A stretch of DNA of 64,000 nucleotides from an uncultured delta proteobacterium (GTDB lineage Bacteria > Myxococcota_A > UBA9160 > UBA4427). The notes beneath the pieces were generated by a model. The model saw only the letters and a program-made list of their open reading frames with translations, searched no databases and was not told the DNA's origin. Location of the stretch: contig CAVORA010000029.1 in NCBI GenBank assembly GCA_963698485.1, positions 264,141-328,140 on the forward strand, written 5' to 3'. Positions 57,225 through 64,000 of the stretch are shown here, one piece after another; positions within the stretch are counted from its first letter, which is position 1; each line of letters starts with the position of its first letter. The translations under genes were made by a program, and so were the position numbers.

Positions 57225-57863
57225 TTGTACTGCTGTGAAGTCAAAGAGCCGGCCGTTCTCGAGTCGATCTATCGGCTTCGCTACGACGTGTACATCGAAG
57301 AGATGGGGCGCCGGCAGCGATATGCCGACCACGACCGGCGTCTGCTGTGCGAGCCACTCGACGCAGACGCGATACACCTCGCCGCCTTCCCGCGAGACGG
57401 GGGGGGCCCGCTCGGCGCGCTGCGTCTGCACCTCTCGTCGCGGATCGGCTTCGAGGTCTTCGAGCAGCTCTACGGCCTGGCGCCGGGAAGCTTCGGACCG
57501 CGCGCGATGGTGATCACCCGGCTGATCACGCATCCCGAGGCGCGCGGCGGCCGCGCGAGCGCCGGACTGCTGCTCGCCAAAGCGGCCTATCGGCTCGGCC
57601 TCGCGGAATCGGTCGAACACGGTTACATCGACTGCGGGCGTCGGCTCGTGCCCTTCTTCGAATGGTTGGGCTTCGATTGCATCCGGCTCTTCGAGCATGC
57701 CGAGTACGGCGAGATCGCGATCATGCACATCGATCCGCGAGATGCCGATCGACTGGCGAAGACCGACTCGCCCTTCCTCGCACTCCTGGAAGCCGAGCGG
57801 TCCGAAGCATCGGCTTCGAGCGTAGCCGGGCCGAGTCCCGAGTCGGCGGAGACCGCGCTCTAG
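57225..57863 (+). CDS. GNAT-fold N-acyltransferase, LuxI / N-acyl amino acid synthase-like
   Basis: 212 aa. TTG is the only in-frame start after the upstream stop. SIYRLRYDVYIEEMG is the hallmark opening of autoinducer-synthase-like Acetyltransf_5 proteins. Family call from memory only. Confidence 0.55.
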   Translation: MYCCEVKEPAVLESIYRLRYDVYIEEMGRRQRYADHDRRLLCEPLDADAIHLAAFPRDGGGPLGALRLHLSSRIGFEVFEQLYGLAPGSFGPRAMVITRLITHPEARGGRASAGLLLAKAAYRLGLAESVEHGYIDCGRRLVPFFEWLGFDCIRLFEHAEYGEIAIMHIDPRDADRLAKTDSPFLALLEAERSEASASSVAGPSPESAETAL

Positions 57864-57987
57864 CGCGAACGCCCGGTGTAGCGATCCGGATCCGAGCGCC
57901 CGCGACGGCATGCCCGAGCGCTTCGTCTAGACTCTGGCTGCGGAACGCCCGACGGTCGGGCCGGGACCGCGCCGGAGGATCGGTCGG

Positions 57988-60534
57988 GTGGCGGCCAGCG
58001 CGGGACATTCCGAGAGCCTGCCTCAGCAGATTGCTCGGCTCCATCGTGGAGTCCTCGCGATCGGCCGCGCCGAGTCGAACGCGGCCGCGGGGGCTGTCCC
58101 CGCCGAAGTGCCGGCCGAGACCGAGACCGAGGTCGCCGCGAGCCTCTCCCGCCTGCTGGCGAGACCCCTGCCCACGGAGCTGCGCAGCCGGCTGCAGCGC
58201 TTGAAGAAGCGCCTCGCCGCGCGCAATCCCGAAAAGCCGCGCCTCGATCTCGGTCGGGAGATCCTCGAGCTGATCGACCCGCTCGGCCGGGCGGGCTGGC
58301 CCGAGGAGCTGCTCAGTCGCTCGCTCGCCGCGCTGCCCGGCGTCGGGCCGAAGAAGGCGGAGGGCTTCGCCCGGCGCGGGCTCGAGCGCGTGAGCGATCT
58401 GCTCTTCTGGCTACCCAGCCGCTACGAGGATCGTCGTCGCGTGTCGGGCGTCGGAGAGATCAAGGTCGGCCAGAGCGCGACCTTCGTGGCGCAGGTGAAG
58501 GTCGTCGACTGGATGCCGACTCGCCGCGGCGGGCGATTCGGGAAGATCTTCCAGGCGGTCGTCGGCGATGACGACGGCATCGTGACGCTCAAGTGGTTTC
58601 GCGGAGGCGAGTCGATCGCCAACTCGGTGGTGAAGGATCGCTGGCTGCTCGTGAGCGGCGAGGTCCGCCGCTACCGCTTCTCGAAGGAGCTGATCCATCC
58701 CGAGATCGAGGTCATCGCCTCGCCCTTCGAGACGCAGCCCGAAGTCGAGCCGGGCGCAGAGGCGGACAAGGAGACGGCGGACGCTGCCGACCGGAGCAAG
58801 CGGACGCGCGCGGCCGGGGCGGCCAAGGCCGATGCCGATCTGGCCGCCAGGGCCGAGCTGGGGCGCGTGGTGCCGGTCTACGCGGCGCCGGAGGGCATGA
58901 ATCCGCGAACCCTGCGCCGCCTGATCGGGCAGGCCGTCGAGGCCTACAGCGATCTCGTCGAGGGGCATCTGCCGAGCCGGGTCGTCGAGGAGCGTGGCCT
59001 GCCGTCCGTGCCCGACGCGTTGCAAGCGCTCCACCGGCCGGAGGCCGGAATCGACGTCGATCAGTACGAGGCCTTCGCTTCGCCGGCCCACGAGCGGCTC
59101 GTGCTGGAGGAGCTCTATCTGCTGGAGCTGGGCCTCGCGCTGCGCCGCTCGAAGGCGAGCCAGCGGCCGGGGGTCGCGATCGACGCGACGCGGCCGGAGT
59201 CGCGCGTGGCGGCGAAGGCGCTGCCCTTCAAGCTCACGAAGGCGCAGGGCCGGGTGGTCGGCGAGATCCTGGGCGACCTGGGCCGCCCCCATCCGATGAA
59301 TCGGTTGGTGCAGGGCGACGTCGGGAGTGGCAAGACGGCGGTGGCGCTGCTGGCGGCGGTGGCGGTGGCGGCCTGCGGCGGACAGACGGCGATGATGGCG
59401 CCGACCGAGCTGCTGGCCGAGCAGCATTTCCGCACGCTGTCGAAGATGGCCGAGAGCGGCGGGGAGGGCATCCCGCTGCGGGTCGGGCTGTTGACGGCCT
59501 CGCTGCCGCGGGCCGAGATCAAGCAGGTGCGCGGGCTGCTCGCGATGGGCGAGATCGATCTCGTCGTCGGGACCCATGCGCTGGTCGCGGGGGAGATCGC
59601 GTTCAAGGATCTCGTGCTCTCGATCGTCGACGAGCAGCATCGCTTCGGCGTGATGCAGCGCGCCGCCCTGGCCTCCGCGCGACCCGACGGTCGCTTCCCG
59701 CATCGACTCGTGATGACGGCGACGCCGATCCCGCGCAGCCTGGCGATGACGCTCTACGGCGAGCTCGATCTGTCGGTGATCGACGAGCTGCCGCCGGGCC
59801 GCAAGCCGATCGAGACGATCCTGCTGCGCTCGGGCGAGGGCCAGCGCGTGATGGATCTGATTCGCGAGACGCTGGCGCGCAACGAGCAGGTCTACGTCGT
59901 CTACCCGCTGGTCGAGGAGAGCGAGAAGATGGACCTGCGTTCGGCGATCGAATCCGCCGAGCAGATCGCCCGAGCCTTCCCCGAGCATCGCGTCGAAGTC
60001 GTCCACGGGCGTCTCGATTCCGCCGAGCGCCAGCAGGCGATGGAGCGTTTCGCTTCGGGCGAAGCGTCGATCCTGGTCGCGACCACCGTGATCGAGGTCG
60101 GGGTCGACGTACCCGGCGCCACGCTGATGGTGATCGAGCATGCCGAGCGCTTCGGGCTGGCGCAGCTGCATCAGCTGCGGGGACGGGTGGGGCGTGGCGG
60201 CGAACGAGGCCGCTGCGTGCTTGTGGCGCGCGGGTCGAGCGAGAAGAGCGAGCAGCGACTGCGCGCGATGATCCAGACGATCGACGGCTTCAAGATCGCC
60301 GACGCGGACCTCGAGATCCGCGGACCGGGCGACTTCCTCGGGACGCGCCAGAGCGGGCATCTGCCCGAGCTGCGCATCGCCGATCTGCTGCGCGATACGC
60401 TGCTGGTCGCCGTCGCCCGGAACGTCGCCCGGCGCGAGATCGACCGCGATCCGCGCCTGTCGGAGGTGCCCGGCACGCGTCGCGCGGTCTCGGCGCGCTG
60501 GGGCAAGCGCATCGACCTGTCCGGAGTGGGCTGA
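57988..60534 (+). CDS. recG: ATP-dependent DNA helicase RecG
   Basis: 848 aa. Wedge/OB region, helicase motifs VQGDVGSGKT, DEQHRFG, TATPIPR, QLHQLRGRVGRG. N-terminal extension of about 100 aa; start uncertain. Confidence 0.93.
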   Translation: MAASAGHSESLPQQIARLHRGVLAIGRAESNAAAGAVPAEVPAETETEVAASLSRLLARPLPTELRSRLQRLKKRLAARNPEKPRLDLGREILELIDPLGRAGWPEELLSRSLAALPGVGPKKAEGFARRGLERVSDLLFWLPSRYEDRRRVSGVGEIKVGQSATFVAQVKVVDWMPTRRGGRFGKIFQAVVGDDDGIVTLKWFRGGESIANSVVKDRWLLVSGEVRRYRFSKELIHPEIEVIASPFETQPEVEPGAEADKETADAADRSKRTRAAGAAKADADLAARAELGRVVPVYAAPEGMNPRTLRRLIGQAVEAYSDLVEGHLPSRVVEERGLPSVPDALQALHRPEAGIDVDQYEAFASPAHERLVLEELYLLELGLALRRSKASQRPGVAIDATRPESRVAAKALPFKLTKAQGRVVGEILGDLGRPHPMNRLVQGDVGSGKTAVALLAAVAVAACGGQTAMMAPTELLAEQHFRTLSKMAESGGEGIPLRVGLLTASLPRAEIKQVRGLLAMGEIDLVVGTHALVAGEIAFKDLVLSIVDEQHRFGVMQRAALASARPDGRFPHRLVMTATPIPRSLAMTLYGELDLSVIDELPPGRKPIETILLRSGEGQRVMDLIRETLARNEQVYVVYPLVEESEKMDLRSAIESAEQIARAFPEHRVEVVHGRLDSAERQQAMERFASGEASILVATTVIEVGVDVPGATLMVIEHAERFGLAQLHQLRGRVGRGGERGRCVLVARGSSEKSEQRLRAMIQTIDGFKIADADLEIRGPGDFLGTRQSGHLPELRIADLLRDTLLVAVARNVARREIDRDPRLSEVPGTRRAVSARWGKRIDLSGVG

Positions 60535-60778
60535 TGCGGGCCGGGCCTCTCAAGCTTGACCGCCCTGCATCCGTAGAGTACACCCCAGCCATGCCTGTCT
60601 TCGAGACCCACACAGAACGGCGTCACGTACGACCGATCCCGAACGCCACGCGGACCCAGCCCCGGCTGGGCCTCCGACTACTCGTTGGCGACGCGCTCCT
60701 TATCGGGGCGGGCGGGATCTAGCGTGCGCTAGTCGGGACGACTCGAGAAGACGAGCATCAGTCAAACGCACGAACGAG

Positions 60779-60809
60779 AGCCCCTCCCGCCTGACTGGCC
60801 GGAGGGGCT
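60779..60809 (+). terminator. GC-rich hairpin in the recG-leuA spacer (terminator/attenuator-like, strand ambiguous)
   Basis: 9-bp stem AGCCCCTCC/GGAGGGGCT with a 13-nt loop, followed by TTCGTCGTT on + and preceded by the complement of TCTCGTTCGTGCGTTT on -. Confidence 0.3.
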
Positions 60810-60932
60810 TCGTCGTTCCCGGGTCCGACTCCTGCTGCCCAGACCGCGCGCGGTCGAGCACGGAGCCGGGTCGGGGGCACGCCGAGAGGGTCTCCTCCAG
60901 CCGGTTGGGCGGCGACGGGCAAGGAGAGCAGG

Positions 60933-62741
60933 ATGGACAAGAATCAATCGACACCTGGCCGACCCCGATCGGGGGACGGACGTCGGCCTGCGGGCGGGCG
61001 TCCCGGTCGCATGCCTCACGGCCGCTATCGGCCCTTCGAACGCTTCGATCTCGAAGATCGCCGCTGGCCCGGTCGCGTGCTCGAGAGCGCGCCGCGCTGG
61101 TGCAGCGTCGATCTGCGCGACGGCAACCAGGCGCTGGTCGAGCCGATGGGCTGGGAGCGCAAGATCCGACTCTTCGAGGCGCTCGTCGCGATCGGCTTCC
61201 AGGAGATCGAGGTCGGCTTCCCGAGCGCCTCGCAGACGGACTTCGATTTCGTGCGTCGACTGATCGACGAGGATCGGATCCCGGACGACGTCACGATCCA
61301 GGTCCTGACGCAATGTCGCGAGGACCTGATCGGACGCACCTTCGAGGCGATCGCGGGCGCGCCGGCGTCGATCGTCCATTTCTACAACTCGACGTCTCCG
61401 CTCCAGCGGCGCGTGGTGTTTCGCGAGGATCGCGCGGGCATCGAGAGGATCGCGGTCGACGCGGCGTCGCTCGTGAGGTCGGCGGCCCGCTCGGCGCGCG
61501 CCGCGCGGCCGGAGGATCGGATCCGCTTCGAGTACTCGCCCGAGAGCTACTCGTCGACGGAGCTCGACTTCGCGGTGGAGATCTGCGAGGCGGTGATGGC
61601 GGTGCTCGGGGCGGACGCCGACGATCCGTTGATCCTGAATCTGCCAGCGACCGTCGAGGTCTCGACGCCGAACGTCTACGCGGACTCGATCGAGCTCTTC
61701 TGTCGCCGCCTGGCGAATCGGGACGCCGCGATCGTCAGCGTGCACCCGCACAACGATCGCGGCTGCGCGGTGGCCGCGGCGGAGCTCGGACTGCTGGCCG
61801 GTGCAGATCGCGTCGAGGGCACGCTCTTCGGCAACGGCGAGCGTACGGGCAACGTCGACCTGGTCACGCTGGCGCTCAACATGATGAGCCAGGGCGTCGA
61901 TCCGCAGCTCGACTTCGGCGATCTCCCGGGGCTGGTGCGCCGCGTCGAGTTCGCCAATCGGCTGCCCGTTCCTCCGCGACATCCCTACGCCGGGGAGCTG
62001 GTCTACACGGCCTTCTCCGGCTCCCATCAGGATGCCATCCGCAAGGGCCTGGCTGCCCTCGAGGCCGAGGGCTCGTCGCGTTGGGAGGTGCCCTACCTGC
62101 CGATCGATCCGGCCGACGTGGGGCGCCGCTATGAGGCGGTGATCCGGATCAACAGCCAGTCGGGGAAGGGGGGCGTCGCCTATCTGCTCGAGACGGAGCA
62201 TGGCTACGCGCTGCCGCGGCGCATGCAGATCGAGTTCGCGCGCGCGGTGCAGGCGAGCGCCGAGCAGACCGGTGAGGAGGTGGCCAGCGAGCAGGTTCGC
62301 ACGCTCTTCGAGCGCGAGTACCTGGGGGTCGAAGGGGGGCCGAGGCTCGTCGGTGATCGGACGGTCGCGGCGCGCGGAGACGGGACACGGGAACGGGTCG
62401 AGGCGACGCTCGCCTGGGGCGGGGCGCGGATTCCGATCGAGGGCGACGGGGCGGGGGCGATCGACGCCTTCGTGGCGGCGCTCGGGCGGGTGCTCGGGAC
62501 GGCGCTCGGCGTGGGCGATTATCACGAGCACGCGCTGGGTGCGGGCGCCGCGGCGACGGCCGCGGCCTATGTGGAGATCGTCTTCGCGCCGGACCGGCGA
62601 CTCTTCGGGGCGGGCACGGCGGCGAGCATCGTCGAGGCGTCGTTCGCCGCCGTGCTGTCCGCGGTCGCACGCGCGGCGGCGCGGGGCTGGGTCGAGCCGC
62701 CGATCGGTCGCGGTGCGCCGCGGTCGGCGGTGGGCGGCTAG
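60933..62741 (+). CDS. leuA: 2-isopropylmalate synthase (long, LeuA type 2)
   Basis: 602 aa: RWCSVDLRDGNQAL, HPHNDRGCAVAAAELGLLAGADRVEGTLFGNGERTGN, and a C-terminal regulatory domain. Confidence 0.95.
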   Translation: MDKNQSTPGRPRSGDGRRPAGGRPGRMPHGRYRPFERFDLEDRRWPGRVLESAPRWCSVDLRDGNQALVEPMGWERKIRLFEALVAIGFQEIEVGFPSASQTDFDFVRRLIDEDRIPDDVTIQVLTQCREDLIGRTFEAIAGAPASIVHFYNSTSPLQRRVVFREDRAGIERIAVDAASLVRSAARSARAARPEDRIRFEYSPESYSSTELDFAVEICEAVMAVLGADADDPLILNLPATVEVSTPNVYADSIELFCRRLANRDAAIVSVHPHNDRGCAVAAAELGLLAGADRVEGTLFGNGERTGNVDLVTLALNMMSQGVDPQLDFGDLPGLVRRVEFANRLPVPPRHPYAGELVYTAFSGSHQDAIRKGLAALEAEGSSRWEVPYLPIDPADVGRRYEAVIRINSQSGKGGVAYLLETEHGYALPRRMQIEFARAVQASAEQTGEEVASEQVRTLFEREYLGVEGGPRLVGDRTVAARGDGTRERVEATLAWGGARIPIEGDGAGAIDAFVAALGRVLGTALGVGDYHEHALGAGAAATAAAYVEIVFAPDRRLFGAGTAASIVEASFAAVLSAVARAAARGWVEPPIGRGAPRSAVGG

Positions 62742-62831
62742 CGGCGGGTCCTCGGGCCGGGCCGGATCGGGTGTGACCGGATCCGGCTCGGCCCTGGCCT
62801 ACACTGATCCAGCGATTCAGCAGGGGCGCAG

Positions 62832-64000
62832 ATGGCGACGTTTCGATTCATTCACGCGGCGGATATCCATCTCGATAGTCCACTGCGTGGACTCGAGCGC
62901 TACGAAGACGCCCCCGCCGAGGCCGTCCGCGCCGCGCCGCGCGTGGCCTTCGAGAACCTGATCCAGCGCGCGATCGATCTCGAGGTCGCCTTCGTCCTGC
63001 TGGCGGGCGACCTCTACGACGGCGATTGGAAGGACTACCACACGGGCCTCTTCTTCGTGCGCCAGATGCAGCGGCTCGCGGCGGCGGGGATCCCGGTGCA
63101 TCTGGTCTCGGGCAATCACGACGCCCAGAGCGAGATCACCCGTCAGCTCTCACTGCCCGCGAACGTGACGCACTATCCGAGCCGCAAGCCGCAGACGACC
63201 TGGCTGCCCGAATACGGGGTGGCGATCCATGGCCAGAGCTTCAAGGGGCGCAGCGTGCCCGACGATCTGTCCGCGGGCTATCCGCAGGGCGAGCGCGGAC
63301 GCTTCGACATCGGGCTGCTCCACACCTCGCTCGACGGGCGGCCGGGCCATGCCCCCTACGCACCCTGCTCGGTCGAGGGACTGCGCGCGAAGGAGTACGA
63401 CTACTGGGCCCTGGGCCACGTCCATCAACGCGAAGAGGTGAGTACGGAGCCCTGGATCGTGTTCCCGGGCAATCTCCAGGGGCGGCATGCGCGGGAGACG
63501 GGGCCGAAGGGGGCCAGCGTCGTATGCGTCGAGCACGGCCGGGTGGTGTCGGTCGAGCATCAGGCCCTCGACGTCGTGCGCTGGGCGCGCGTCGAGGTCG
63601 ACGTCGCGGAGGCCGACTCGGCGCTGGCGGCGATCGACCTCGCGGCGGAACGGCTCGCGGGCGTCGCGAGCGAGGCCGAGGGTCGTCTGCTCGCTGCGAG
63701 GGTCGTCTTCTCGGGGGCCTCCGCAGCGCACGACGAGCTGGTCTGCCAGCCCGATCGCTGGGAGCACGAGGTGCGCAACGCGGCGAGCTCGGTCGCCCCC
63801 GGCGGCGGGGTCTGGGTCGAGCGGGTGCGGTTCGAGACGCGCCGGCCGAGGACCCTCGAGCACGAGCTCGAGCGATCGGATGCGCTCGGAGACCTGCTGC
63901 GTCTCGTCGCAGGGCTCGGCGAAGAAGGTACGCAGACGGCCGATGCGTGGGCCGAAGTGCGGTCGGCGAAGCGCGCGGAGGAGGGCGGGGCGGGTGACCG
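62832..64000 (+). CDS. metallophosphoesterase, SbcD/YhaO-like DNA repair exonuclease, 3'-partial
   Basis: Not in the ORF track because it runs off the window. I translated ATG 62832 to nt 64000 with no stop: MATFRFIHAADIHLDSPL, LLAGDLYDG, VSGNHDA, ALGHVHQ calcineurin-like motifs. Confidence 0.8.
   Translation, partial: MATFRFIHAADIHLDSPLRGLERYEDAPAEAVRAAPRVAFENLIQRAIDLEVAFVLLAGDLYDGDWKDYHTGLFFVRQMQRLAAAGIPVHLVSGNHDAQSEITRQLSLPANVTHYPSRKPQTTWLPEYGVAIHGQSFKGRSVPDDLSAGYPQGERGRFDIGLLHTSLDGRPGHAPYAPCSVEGLRAKEYDYWALGHVHQREEVSTEPWIVFPGNLQGRHARETGPKGASVVCVEHGRVVSVEHQALDVVRWARVEVDVAEADSALAAIDLAAERLAGVASEAEGRLLAARVVFSGASAAHDELVCQPDRWEHEVRNAASSVAPGGGVWVERVRFETRRPRTLEHELERSDALGDLLRLVAGLGEEGTQTADAWAEVRSAKRAEEGGAGD

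Noticed and set aside
60591-60722. 43-codon ORF (MPVFETHTERRHVRPIPNATRTQPRLGLRLLVGDALLIGAGGI) as a leuA leader peptide or small protein.
   Set aside because: It has no Shine-Dalgarno and no run of Leu codons typical of leu leaders. It is the tail of a long out-of-frame ORF overlapping recG, so it is likely fortuitous.

Overview
GC-rich bacterial chromosome segment made up almost entirely of core housekeeping genes, nearly all on the + strand. In order: (1) the tail of a NuoI-like/NuoC/NuoD-like module. (2) A small accessory patch: DUF1285-like ORF, tRNA-Cys, a GT2 glycosyltransferase, tRNA-Leu, a PilZ-like gene plus a small ORF, a DUF4388 protein and RlmB. (3) The classical translation/transcription super-cluster: tRNA Thr-Tyr-Gly-Thr + tuf, tRNA-Trp-secE-nusG-rplKAJL-rpoBC, rpsL-rpsG-fusA-tuf, then the S10/spc/alpha ribosomal operons through rplQ. 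(4) A TlpA-like oxidoreductase, ftsB, argS, a SPOR protein, rfbD, lepA, lepB, pyrR-pyrB-pyrC-carA-carB, a LuxI/GNAT-like acyltransferase, recG, leuA and a 3'-truncated SbcD-like nuclease. I found no mobile element, CRISPR array, defence island or convincing novel multi-gene system, so I regard this as an ordinary core region. Points worth a second look: (i) five single-nucleotide indels break otherwise perfectly conserved essential genes (rpoC twice, rpsE, rplQ, lepA), most simply explained as sequence errors. (ii) The ribosomal cluster lacks rplC, rplX and rpsN (and infA) at very tight gene junctions. (iii) Two near-identical tuf copies have differences clustered centrally. (iv) A PyrR-binding-like RNA hairpin sits just upstream of pyrR. 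(v) Several intergenic spacers are unusually long or oddly placed (tRNA operon, rpsL leader, rplJ-rplL, rplV-rpsC-rplP, recG-leuA). All family assignments come from reading the supplied translations and recognising motifs; no database search was run.
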